Below the pieces are notes generated by a model that ran no database searches, had not been told where the DNA came from, and worked only from the letters and a program-made list of their open reading frames with translations. From the NCBI GenBank assembly GCA_937958705.1, contig CALGNJ010000007.1:1-56871 (forward strand): a stretch of DNA of 56,871 nucleotides, given 5' to 3'. Numbering within the stretch: position 1 is the stretch's first letter; each line of letters opens with the position of its first letter. This DNA comes from Minisyncoccota bacterium (GTDB lineage: Bacteria; Patescibacteriota; Minisyncoccia; Phycocordibacterales; GCA-2747955). A program made the position numbers and the translations under genes. Below, in pieces: positions 34,872-43,637 of the stretch.

Positions 34872-35354
34872 ATGAAAAAAGAAGAACGACAAGAACTACC
34901 AGCAATAAACTTCGAAGCACCAGAATTTATTTTCATTCAAAAGACAAAGGACTGGTACTGGATTCTTTGGATCATCTTCGTTGCAATTGCAGCTGCATCA
35001 TTCTTAGTCGGAAATCCAATATTTGCTGTTCTTATTCTCTTTGCTGCGTTTGTGTTTTCACTACTGGCAAGCAAAAAACCAGAAACAATTCTCATCTCTT
35101 TTAACGACACACATGTACAAGCGGGTAGAAAAAAGTACAAAGTGTCTGAGATAGAATCTTATAAATTTATTCCCGAAGAAGCACGAGTACTTCTGAAGCA
35201 TTCAAAGCCTTTTCTCCCTTTACTAGTAATTCCCATTGGACTATCTGCCCCAGAGGGAGAATTACGTAATTACCTGGCGTTAACTCCTTGGGAAGAAGAT
35301 GATGAGCTTCAAGAGCCCCTTCTAGAACTCTTAATGGAGCGGTTTGGATTCTAA
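34872..35354 (+). CDS. Membrane protein (2 TM plus a soluble C-terminal domain), unknown function
   Basis: ORF followed by a terminator at 35353-35378. Confidence 0.6.
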   Translation: MKKEERQELPAINFEAPEFIFIQKTKDWYWILWIIFVAIAAASFLVGNPIFAVLILFAAFVFSLLASKKPETILISFNDTHVQAGRKKYKVSEIESYKFIPEEARVLLKHSKPFLPLLVIPIGLSAPEGELRNYLALTPWEEDDELQEPLLELLMERFGF

Positions 35355-35399
35355 AACAGGACATGGTCCTGTTTTTCTTTTGATATAATCTTGCGTACT

Positions 35400-35471
35400 G
35401 CCTCTGTAGTTTAATGGATAAAACATGGCTTTGCGGAAGCTAAACTCCAGGTTCGATTCCTGGTAGAGGCA
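35400..35471 (+). tRNA. tRNA-Arg (anticodon GCG)
   Basis: Acceptor GCCTCTG/TAGAGGC, anticodon stem TGGCT/AGCTA, loop TTGCGGA and T-arm CCAGGTTCGATTCCTGG. Confidence 0.85.
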
Positions 35472-35529
35472 CAGTATCAATACTCACACTATACATGCGA
35501 AGACTGTGAACATGTCCTATAATAGATGT

Positions 35530-36639
35530 ATGAAACGTCTACTGTTTTTAATTTCCTTTATACTGCTTCTACCTGCGTTATCTTTTGCTCAAGAAAGTGA
35601 GTCCATATATACACAGGCAAAGGTGCTCGAGGTCCTTGATACTACATACCCAATAGTATTTGGTACTGAAATAGAATTTCAAACACTACGAGTAGAACTC
35701 AATGATGGGACAATATCAGACTCTGTGTTTAATGACTACACTCCTGTCAGGGCTGGTGATGTTATATATCTCACCGAAGGATATGATCCAGATACAGATA
35801 CGGAAGGTTTTTTTGTTCGTGAAGTAGACAGAACCAAAAGCATGATACTACTGTTTGTTATATTTACTGTCGTGTATATAGCAATTGCGGGTAAACGAGG
35901 ATTCCGCTCTCTGCTTGCCCTTGGTGTGTCTGTGGCAACTGTATGGTTTGTTCTGATTCCTCTTGTTGTTGCTGGACATAGCCCGCTTTTGGTGGGACTA
36001 CTGATTAGTCTTATTATTCTTGGTCTTGCTATTTTTATCACCCACGGCCTTAGTGTTGTGTCTCTCGCATCCTATCTTGGTTCATTTATATCAATTGCTG
36101 TCACTGTTCTCTTTGCCTCATTTGCTGTGTCTCTGGCAAGAATTTCAGGACTAGTAGGTGACGAGAGTAGCACTATTTCTGTCTTGTACGGATCAACTAT
36201 TGACTTACAAGGCCTCCTGCTTGCAGGAATGATTATTGGTATTCTCGGTGTATTAGATGATGTTGCTGTAATGCAAGCCGCAATGGTTCGTGAATTTATG
36301 TATGAGAAAAAATATTCATACACGCAACTGTTTATTAAAGCCATGCGCGTTGGACAGGAACATGCAGCTGCTCTGGTAAACACACTGGTGCTTGCATACA
36401 CAGCAGTCGCGCTCCCCCTTTTCCTGATTATTCTTGCTCCCGCGAATCAATACACGCAAGAAGTCCTACCCTTTTCTTTGCAAATCTCAAACGAACTGTT
36501 TGTGACTGAATTTATCCGGTCAATTGTTGGAAGTTTAGGACTTGTGCTTACTATTCCTCTGGTTACAGGAATTGCCATCCTCTTATTTAAAAAGTATCCA
36601 CCTACAGAGCCGAGAACCCATACCCATCATCACCATTAA
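35530..36639 (+). CDS. YibE/F-like multi-pass membrane protein with signal peptide and C-terminal His-rich tail
   Basis: Signal peptide, soluble N-terminal domain, ~7 TM segments and a tail ending HTHHHH. Confidence 0.6.
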   Translation: MKRLLFLISFILLLPALSFAQESESIYTQAKVLEVLDTTYPIVFGTEIEFQTLRVELNDGTISDSVFNDYTPVRAGDVIYLTEGYDPDTDTEGFFVREVDRTKSMILLFVIFTVVYIAIAGKRGFRSLLALGVSVATVWFVLIPLVVAGHSPLLVGLLISLIILGLAIFITHGLSVVSLASYLGSFISIAVTVLFASFAVSLARISGLVGDESSTISVLYGSTIDLQGLLLAGMIIGILGVLDDVAVMQAAMVREFMYEKKYSYTQLFIKAMRVGQEHAAALVNTLVLAYTAVALPLFLIILAPANQYTQEVLPFSLQISNELFVTEFIRSIVGSLGLVLTIPLVTGIAILLFKKYPPTEPRTHTHHHH

Positions 36640-36640
36640 C

Positions 36641-36667
36641 AAAAAACTGCCAAAGGCAGTTTTTATT
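36641..36667 (+). terminator. Intrinsic terminator aaaaaactgcc-aaa-ggcagttttt
   Basis: 24 nt identical to 42418-42441. Confidence 0.8.
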
Positions 36668-36761
36668 TGCAGAATTGATACGTGTTATGTACGTATGTTT
36701 TTTTGTGTATTTTATGAGACTGTGTGGCCTCATCATACTAGACGTACTACATTCATATATA

Positions 36762-37391
36762 TTACAACGTCACCTCCTCTTGTGTAGCATCGTTGTTTTC
36801 AATCACTCCTTGACCCAAAGTCTCTGGTTCTGTATTTTCTGTTTCTATATCATTAAATTCCTCTTCTTGATCTTCGATAAGATTCTCAAAGGCTTCTAAC
36901 AGGTCAACTGATGAATCTAAGGTAGTATTTATTTCTAAAAGTTCTAGCTCCTCTATATGTTCTGCAAATTCTTCTTGAGCAATCTCTTGTAGAGACTCTG
37001 CTTCTTGTTCGGAATAGATTGCTTGGATCTCTTTTACTTCGCGTATTCGCTCTTGGGCCCGTTTTGTATGATATACATATTTCGCTTCTGGGGATACCTG
37101 CAGTAGTTCTTGTACTGGCTCTAACACTTCTGTCTCAAGTGGATATAAAAAATCACCAGGAACACTCTCTTGAGCAGCAAAAGCTACTCCTGAAAACCCG
37201 AGAACAAACAAGGCACCCAACCCCCCAATCCATACATGGGAGCTCTTTTTCTTCCTGTTGTTATCTGTGCTTGTTTGTTCTTCACCAGAAAGAATAGATG
37301 CCAGCATGGTATCTTTTTTCTCTTCTGATAGGGCTACGTGCTGAAAAACCTCTATCCCTTTATTAAATTGTTCTTGTGGGTATTTTTTCAT
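36762..37391 (-). CDS. Putative anti-sigma factor (single TM, DUF5667-like extracytoplasmic domain)
   Basis: Overlaps the stop of the ECF sigma gene. Central TM and acidic C-terminus. Confidence 0.55.
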   Translation of the reverse strand: MKKYPQEQFNKGIEVFQHVALSEEKKDTMLASILSGEEQTSTDNNRKKKSSHVWIGGLGALFVLGFSGVAFAAQESVPGDFLYPLETEVLEPVQELLQVSPEAKYVYHTKRAQERIREVKEIQAIYSEQEAESLQEIAQEEFAEHIEELELLEINTTLDSSVDLLEAFENLIEDQEEEFNDIETENTEPETLGQGVIENNDATQEEVTL

Positions 37392-37888
37392 AGCAGTACT
37401 TCTTGTAATTTCTTTTTTCCTCGATTGATGCGAACAGAAACATTGTTAGGAGATATGTTTAACAACTCTGCAATCTCCGAGATACTATTCTCTTCGATAA
37501 GTCTTAAATATAAAACATCGCGATAGTGCTCATCGAGACTCATGAGTGTTTTATACACAATGTTATATTCACTTTGTCTCTCAATGTATGTTTCTCCATG
37601 TCTTTGCTCTTCAGGCTCAAATCCATTTTCTTGTAATACGTCGAGAGACTCTGTTTTCTTTTTTCTATAGTAATCAATGATCTGATTTCTCGCAATCTGA
37701 TACAAAAAACTTTTGGGACTCTTTGGAGATCCCTTTTTCTCGAGATATACAAAATATTTAGTAAAAACATCCTGCGTCACATCGTATGCATGATCAGAAT
37801 TATTCAACTTAAAAAGACAAAGTCGATATATCACATCAACATATTCTCGATATTCTGACTCAAAGCGTTTCTTTAATTTAGAATCCAT
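37388..37888 (-). CDS. ECF-type RNA polymerase sigma-70 family factor
   Basis: Region 2 (YDVTQDVFTKYF) and the region 4 HTH (ISEIAELLNISPNNVSVRINRGKKKL). Confidence 0.88.
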   Translation of the reverse strand: MDSKLKKRFESEYREYVDVIYRLCLFKLNNSDHAYDVTQDVFTKYFVYLEKKGSPKSPKSFLYQIARNQIIDYYRKKKTESLDVLQENGFEPEEQRHGETYIERQSEYNIVYKTLMSLDEHYRDVLYLRLIEENSISEIAELLNISPNNVSVRINRGKKKLQEVLL

Positions 37889-38004
37889 AGTACATAACGA
37901 GTCATACCTCGCTTTCTTACAATATACCTTATTGTAAGAAATATGGTATTCACACGTCTTGTATAGCGAGACGTATAGTCTCTTAACTTATAACATTAAA
38001 CTAT

Positions 38005-38715
38005 ATGAAAAAATTATTACTTCTTGTGCTCCTTGGAGGTTCTCTATTGCTTGGACTAGGCGTGCTACAAGCCAGCCAAGAACAAGAAAGCCAAGTTACA
38101 CAGAACCAAGATCTATCTTCCGGGATTGTCCTTGCGAGTGATAGTAAAGACTTGGAACTAGATTTAACACAAGATACTCCTGGGAACGCACCTGAGGGTT
38201 CGCTGGGGACAACTTATCTTGGAGTCTCTACGCAAAGCTCTATTACAAGTAGTCTTGATACCTTGAGGCGAGATTTGCTTGTTCTTTTGTTACAAGCATA
38301 CTTATCGTATGAAAAACAAACTAGCGCTCTGCGTTCAGTTACTGTTTCGTATGATCAGAATAATATCCCGAGCATCGTTGTAAAAGACGGAGGTGGAGTG
38401 AGGACGGATTTTGTGACGTATGTATACGATGAGTCATTTATCCTTTCTAAACTAGCAAAGGAGTATGATATATCTACATCTGAAGTCTTGAGTAAGACAA
38501 CATTTGAATACACGAAACCAATTTCAGAAATCAATATGAGTGCTGATTTTACAACCACCTCTCGTGTAAAAAAAGATACGTATGTAATCCTTACTCTAAA
38601 CCAAGAGGATGTGAGTGCCGACTATTACATACGTTCATCTAATGTAAAAGATGCGACAAAAAAACTAGCTCAACTGTACGGTGTTTCACCACAAAAAATC
38701 TGGAACACATTCTAA
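38005..38715 (+). CDS. Secreted hypothetical protein
   Basis: Signal peptide MKKLLLLVLLGGSLLLGLGVLQA. Divergent from the sigma gene. Confidence 0.6.
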   Translation: MKKLLLLVLLGGSLLLGLGVLQASQEQESQVTQNQDLSSGIVLASDSKDLELDLTQDTPGNAPEGSLGTTYLGVSTQSSITSSLDTLRRDLLVLLLQAYLSYEKQTSALRSVTVSYDQNNIPSIVVKDGGGVRTDFVTYVYDESFILSKLAKEYDISTSEVLSKTTFEYTKPISEINMSADFTTTSRVKKDTYVILTLNQEDVSADYYIRSSNVKDATKKLAQLYGVSPQKIWNTF

Positions 38716-38723
38716 ACAATAAT

Positions 38724-38752
38724 AAAAACCTGGTCTGACCAGGTTTTTGTTA
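38724..38752. terminator. Bidirectional terminator
   Basis: aaaaacctgg/ccaggttttt hairpin. Confidence 0.8.
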
Positions 38753-38785
38753 TTGTTTTTTGTTTGTTATGTCTTTAAGAAGCTT

Positions 38786-40135
38786 TTAGAAATCAAAGCT
38801 TCCTCTTCCTTCAAGTTGTATCTCTCCTGTATCACATCCTCGCAAGTAGTTCATAAACTTGTTTGTTGTTTTGTACTTGTATCCAGTACCTTGTATGAGT
38901 CCCCACGGTTTAAGCATGGTTGCATCAAACTTCTCCTGAAATTCAATCATCGCGTTATGTGTTTCAAGATCAAAGCGTCCATCTGCTTTTCCATTGTACA
39001 AGTCAAGCTCTCGGAGTAACTCTTGCGTTTCTCTCACTTCAGTTCCAGTTACATTCTGTGCTAAGGAGTTATATTCTGTGAAGACAGGACATGATGTTGC
39101 ACCTGACTGAATTAAGTAATTCATCTTAAGTCTGGTGGTAATACCAACATATCCAGTAGCCCTATCAAGCCCCCAAATATCAAGCACTTGTGTACTATAT
39201 TTCTCCTGGAAGTCTTTCACTGCTTCTTCGGTCTCGTCATCAAACTCTCCATTGATTCGTACGGCTGCATCTTCTACATCCCTAAGAAATCTTTGCAGTC
39301 TCTTGATGTCTGAACTTGAAGTGTCAGTTGCTACTCCAATATTTTCCTCAAACAGATTAAATTCTTGTGCTTCTTCAATGTCTGATTCAATAACCTCTCT
39401 GTCTTCTTCTTTTTTAATTTTTCCTTCAACCAAATCTTCTAGTAAGTCAGGGATCCGAATATCATCTGCAATCGCCTCTTGAATTACATCACCATGCCGT
39501 GCAAAAATTTTTCTCGCTTCAGACTCTTCATCTCTTGCGTCATCAATAATGCTGTCGAGATGTCTCATCTTTTCTTTCAGAGTCCAGTCTGTATCTTTCA
39601 TGCGCGGATACGGGTTCTCCGCTACACCATTCTCATATATTGCCAAGTGTAGGTGTGGAACCGTGTATGTGGCACCTGTGTTTCCTACATATCCGACCAG
39701 GTCACCCTTTTCTAGAACGTCTCCTTCTGACAATCCTGGTGCCCAATCATCTAGGTGTGCAAAATATAATTTTTCCCCACCTCCAATGTAAATAAACACA
39801 TGCTTACCACCTAGTCCACTTACTCCTGTTCTATCAACAACTCCGTCAGTTGGCATCACCATGTACGTTCCTCTATCTGCCAAGATATCAGTACCCTCAT
39901 GAGTATTTCCGTTTCTGCGTGCTGCTCCCCAGGTATCAACCAAGTCTTTTGACTCAGCGTCCATAAACAAAGGATTTGGGAATATTTCTATCTCTCGGGT
40001 TCCCAGATCCGCTATGTCATCACACATACTCCTACTTTCATAGCACCGTGCTCCAAATACGTAGAACGGTAGTATTAACAACGCCATGGCGGTTACTACT
40101 GCTATTGCTGTTTTAATTCTAATTGTGTTTTCCAT
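38786..40135 (-). CDS. M23 (LytM) peptidase with two C-terminal peptidoglycan-binding domains
   Basis: HEGTDI and VPHLHLAIY metal-ligand motifs, plus two PG_binding_1-like repeats. Confidence 0.88.
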   Translation of the reverse strand: MENTIRIKTAIAVVTAMALLILPFYVFGARCYESRSMCDDIADLGTREIEIFPNPLFMDAESKDLVDTWGAARRNGNTHEGTDILADRGTYMVMPTDGVVDRTGVSGLGGKHVFIYIGGGEKLYFAHLDDWAPGLSEGDVLEKGDLVGYVGNTGATYTVPHLHLAIYENGVAENPYPRMKDTDWTLKEKMRHLDSIIDDARDEESEARKIFARHGDVIQEAIADDIRIPDLLEDLVEGKIKKEEDREVIESDIEEAQEFNLFEENIGVATDTSSSDIKRLQRFLRDVEDAAVRINGEFDDETEEAVKDFQEKYSTQVLDIWGLDRATGYVGITTRLKMNYLIQSGATSCPVFTEYNSLAQNVTGTEVRETQELLRELDLYNGKADGRFDLETHNAMIEFQEKFDATMLKPWGLIQGTGYKYKTTNKFMNYLRGCDTGEIQLEGRGSFDF

Positions 40136-40154
40136 ACTGTGTGCTCTGTTTTAA

Positions 40155-40976
40155 TTATTGATTTGAGACATTTGCAGATGTATTCATCTTAATTGAAGCT
40201 GCAATCGCTTCTAGTACCTCTGCCTGAGCCCGTGCTTCTAATGTGGTGTTTGAATTCATATTTGATGTAGCAACTTCAATAGTTGAAGATACTGTGGTTG
40301 TATCATCTCCTGTTGCTAAGAATCCCCACCATGCTTTCTCAACCTTCACGTTCATCTTACTGTTTGAGTCTTTTGTGACAGTTGCTGTTTGTTTCATGTC
40401 CATAGAAATAAATCCGAAAAGTTTAACAGGTACAGTGTAGTCAACTTTCACGTATGAATCATTGGATTCAATCATTGTTATATTTGAATTGATTCCAGCC
40501 TGTGTCATTGCATAAGATTTGAATTCAGCTTCTGAATTTACTTCTGAAGATGATTCGATTCGCATTGAGTTTTCTGCTCGAAGAGCGTTAGATGAAAGTG
40601 ATACTTGTGCAGAGATTGATGCGTCAGATTCTGACTTAATCATGGCATCTTTCATAGTGTCTACGCCAGCCTCTACTCCTGCTTCAACATCCCCTGCCAC
40701 TTCTAACGCGCTATCTACACCTGCCTCAAATGTTTGTTCCACTTCTTCTGAAATATTTGTTGCTGTTGACTCCATTTTTTTCATCATGTCATCTGATTTT
40801 TTCATCATGTCAGCATCCACTCCTGCATTCACACTTGTGTCTGACTTAATCATTGCCGTTTCAGCAAGATTCGCTGATGTATCATTTTGTACAGACGTAT
40901 TTACTGTTTGAGCTCCTGCAACTCCTGCCGTACAGATAAGTCCTGCTCCGATCATTGTTTTTGTTAGTTTGTTCAT
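40155..40976 (-). CDS. Secreted low-complexity protein (Met/Ser/Asp-rich)
   Basis: Signal peptide ending AGVAGAQT, with MIKSD/MMKK repeats. Confidence 0.55.
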   Translation of the reverse strand: MNKLTKTMIGAGLICTAGVAGAQTVNTSVQNDTSANLAETAMIKSDTSVNAGVDADMMKKSDDMMKKMESTATNISEEVEQTFEAGVDSALEVAGDVEAGVEAGVDTMKDAMIKSESDASISAQVSLSSNALRAENSMRIESSSEVNSEAEFKSYAMTQAGINSNITMIESNDSYVKVDYTVPVKLFGFISMDMKQTATVTKDSNSKMNVKVEKAWWGFLATGDDTTTVSSTIEVATSNMNSNTTLEARAQAEVLEAIAASIKMNTSANVSNQ

Positions 40977-41013
40977 CGTGTTTTAAGTTTATTTATTTGT
41001 AATTATGTAATAG

Positions 41014-41562
41014 TTATCCCAGGTTAACGTCGTATGTTTTTACGTTTTTTGCACCACACGATGCAAGGACCGACCTAACATCATCTGACTTAGAGTCTTC
41101 GTCTGAAACTGCGACTAACACGTCTCCTGAGAGGACTCTGTCTTCGTACTCTTTTGTCTCCTCGATATCAAAACTCCATGAGTACAAAGCTCCGATTAAT
41201 GAACCTGTTACCGCTCCTACCGCTGATGATCCTGCTGTTGCTCCTACCGCAGCTGATGCTGCTAGTGTAGCTGCAAAAGATCCTCCTGCCAATACTGGGC
41301 CAACTACTGGTGCAGCGACCGCGACGGCGGCAATACCTGCAACTGCTCCGAGTGCCGCACCTCTGTGTGCTCCTTTTTCTGCACCTTCTTTTACAGTATC
41401 TTGTGTAATATCTTCTACATCAACTTCGTTGATTTCTCCCTCTGTATTTTTGTACAGATAAGAAATCTTATCATTTTCAATTTTATATTCCATGTGTAGC
41501 AGATTGATTGCTTTTTCAGCCTGTTCTCGTGTTGTGAATGTTGATAATGTAATTGTCTTCAT
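41014..41562 (-). CDS. Hypothetical protein with a Gly/Ala-rich hydrophobic core (general-stress YflT/DUF1269-like)
   Basis: Soluble N- and C-terminal domains flank a GA-rich segment. Confidence 0.5.
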   Translation of the reverse strand: MKTITLSTFTTREQAEKAINLLHMEYKIENDKISYLYKNTEGEINEVDVEDITQDTVKEGAEKGAHRGAALGAVAGIAAVAVAAPVVGPVLAGGSFAATLAASAAVGATAGSSAVGAVTGSLIGALYSWSFDIEETKEYEDRVLSGDVLVAVSDEDSKSDDVRSVLASCGAKNVKTYDVNLG

Positions 41563-41601
41563 AATATATAGTTTTTCTTTTGTTATCTTAATAATTTTAT
41601 T

Positions 41602-41850
41602 TTATCCTTGAAGCTTTGAAACTATCCAGAGCAACACTGCTGATCCAACTACTGCCACAAATAAGCTGTATAAATTAAATCCTGTTACTCCTTCTCCCCC
41701 GAAAAGATTAAAAATAAATCCTCCGAGCATTGCTCCTATTACTCCAATAATAATATTCCCAATGATTCCGAATTTTGCATCTTTTTTTGTAATAATTGTT
41801 GCAATCCACCCTGCTAATCCTCCTAGTATGATCCATGTAAGTAATCCCAT
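41602..41850 (-). CDS. GlsB/YeaQ/YmgE family stress-response membrane protein
   Basis: GLLTWIILGGLAGWIA...GNIIIGVIGAMLGG. Confidence 0.88.
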   Translation of the reverse strand: MGLLTWIILGGLAGWIATIITKKDAKFGIIGNIIIGVIGAMLGGFIFNLFGGEGVTGFNLYSLFVAVVGSAVLLWIVSKLQG

Positions 41851-41886
41851 ATTGTTTGTAATTAATTATTTGTAAATTTATTTTAT

Positions 41887-42087
41887 TTATAAAGTAATGC
41901 CTGTTTCTATCTCAATACCACTTTTCTTATTGGTTTCTTCTAGAAGATATAAACCTCCAACTATGATTGCACCAACGAGAAGCAATACGAGTAATACTGC
42001 TCCTACTGTCTCCCCGACCCCTGCTTCTTTGTTTTCTTGTTTCGTCATGTCATGTTTTTTTACTTTATAAATTTTTAATGTATTCAC
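41887..42087 (-). CDS. Small single-TM protein
   Basis: ORF with one hydrophobic helix, first gene of the co-directional cluster. Confidence 0.45.
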   Translation of the reverse strand: MNTLKIYKVKKHDMTKQENKEAGVGETVGAVLLVLLLVGAIIVGGLYLLEETNKKSGIEIETGITL

Positions 42088-42155
42088 AGTATAACGTACA
42101 AAACGTACATTTACAACAGATTGAACAATATAGACATTTTTTACTTCTCCACATA

Positions 42156-42184
42156 TTGTACATTTTGTACATTACATATATACT
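42156..42184 (+). promoter_or_regulatory. Promoter (TTGTAC-17-TATACT) overlapped by two TGTACA hexamers; putative Phd/YefM operator
   Basis: tgtacattttgtaca at 42157-42171. The -10 box ends 8 nt before the ATG. Confidence 0.55.
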
Positions 42185-42192
42185 AGTGAGTA

Positions 42193-42411
42193 ATGAGTGA
42201 AAAAGAAAATAACAATATTGAATATAGAAAAGCAACAGACATTAGAAATCACTTTCAGGATACTATTGATTCTGTTCACTACACAAAGACCCCTGTGGTA
42301 ATAACCAAGAGGAACAAACCATGGGCCATGATAGTTCCCCTTCCTGAAGCTCAATCAGCCGCGACAGAAATTATTGAAGAAGTTGTTGAGAGTGTTGAGG
42401 AAAAAATGTAG
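42193..42411 (+). CDS. Phd/YefM-family type II antitoxin (no adjacent toxin)
   Basis: RNHFQDTIDSVHYTKTPVVITKRNKPWAMIVPL and an acidic C-terminus. Confidence 0.8.
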   Translation: MSEKENNNIEYRKATDIRNHFQDTIDSVHYTKTPVVITKRNKPWAMIVPLPEAQSAATEIIEEVVESVEEKM

Positions 42412-42449
42412 TGTAATAAAAAACTGCCAAAGGCAGTTTTTTATTACAC
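42411..42449. terminator. Bidirectional terminator with an 18-bp stem
   Basis: gtgtaataaaaaactgcc/ggcagttttttattacac. Confidence 0.85.
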
Positions 42450-42456
42450 TCTCTTG

Positions 42457-42891
42457 TTACTTAAGTGGAAGTCCTGGTCCTTCACCAGCAACTATTTTCT
42501 CAAGTAATGAGATAAACCCTCCAACAAATAGTCCATCGAGTAGTGCCCAAAATGGTGATGAAAGTCCTGACCACGCAATGAGTGATGACTGCATCACCAG
42601 CTCAAGTGAATCGTAACTTAGTAATACAAACATCAACATGAACGCAAAACCAACCATTGGTCCAGCGATCCACCACGGCATCCGAAACCCAATCAGTGGG
42701 TGACGATCAAATTGACCTATAAAACCAATCATTGCCCCCATCAACATGAACATAAGCAAGATACCAAGTCCAATAAAGCTAAATCCTGGAAAACCAAATG
42801 TCGGCATAACTACCATGACGATAAGTCCGAAGAAGAGACCAGCTAGTTTTCCAATAAACACACGCCCTGTAACTGAATGTAATGTAAACAT
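42457..42891 (-). CDS. Membrane protein (4-5 TM), unknown function
   Basis: Hydrophobic ORF with a terminator downstream. Confidence 0.6.
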   Translation of the reverse strand: MFTLHSVTGRVFIGKLAGLFFGLIVMVVMPTFGFPGFSFIGLGILLMFMLMGAMIGFIGQFDRHPLIGFRMPWWIAGPMVGFAFMLMFVLLSYDSLELVMQSSLIAWSGLSSPFWALLDGLFVGGFISLLEKIVAGEGPGLPLK

Positions 42892-42942
42892 ATAAAAAAT
42901 AATATCTAATAATCTAGTAGTTAGTGTATCAAAACCAAAGAG

Positions 42943-43614
42943 CTATCGCTCTAGCTTTATCCATATCTCATGTGTGCGCAAAAAAGGTATGGTTGACGGT
43001 GGATCATACGAGGCAGCCTTCCACTCCTCTGTATGGAAAACCCCATCTTCATCTAATTGTTTTACAAGTTTTTTATATTGTTCTTGTTTCTTTTCCGAAC
43101 TAGTGAGTCCCGAGTATGTTGAGACCGCCCATGTCTCGGCTGGCACCTGTGTTATTTGTACCTTTGGATTATTTGGTTTCGGGAGTGTTGCGCGTGTATA
43201 TCTTGAGGGCATCACAAATGAAACTATGCGTGTTCCATTTTTACCAGCTTCATCCAATACAGGAGCTGTCATTGTAATAGATTTATTTTGTTTCACCTGA
43301 TCAAATACCGGGGCTGTCATTGCTACCGGTTCCGACGCTCCTTCTCGTGTATTGTTACCAAATATATAATCAGCGACAATGCTAAACCCTGTATTCATTA
43401 CTTGATCTGTATCAAGCACCTCTGTTGAAGCAATAATATATGGCTCATATGCTCGAACCTCATATCCTCCATGGGTACTGATGGTTTTATATTTTGGTTT
43501 TTCTAGCTTGGTATTTACATACCAGTATTGGCCTGCAATACCTGCGAGTACTGCCACAACTACTATTCCTAAAATAATATAAAATATTTGCATCATAATA
43601 TCCAACAATACCAC
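42943..43614 (-). CDS. SOUL heme-binding family protein with an N-terminal TM anchor
   Basis: YEVRAYEPY, IAMTAPV-like repeats (VAMTAPV, ITMTAPV), and YDPP...PFLR.HEIW. Confidence 0.8.
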   Translation of the reverse strand: MVLLDIMMQIFYIILGIVVVAVLAGIAGQYWYVNTKLEKPKYKTISTHGGYEVRAYEPYIIASTEVLDTDQVMNTGFSIVADYIFGNNTREGASEPVAMTAPVFDQVKQNKSITMTAPVLDEAGKNGTRIVSFVMPSRYTRATLPKPNNPKVQITQVPAETWAVSTYSGLTSSEKKQEQYKKLVKQLDEDGVFHTEEWKAASYDPPSTIPFLRTHEIWIKLER

Positions 43615-43637
43615 GTTTTTGTTATACTGTTTGCATT

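Noticed and set aside
42411-42460. A toxin gene partnered with the Phd/YefM antitoxin.
   Set aside because: The antitoxin stop is followed immediately by an 18-bp-stem bidirectional terminator and then a convergent membrane-protein gene. There is no room for a toxin ORF.
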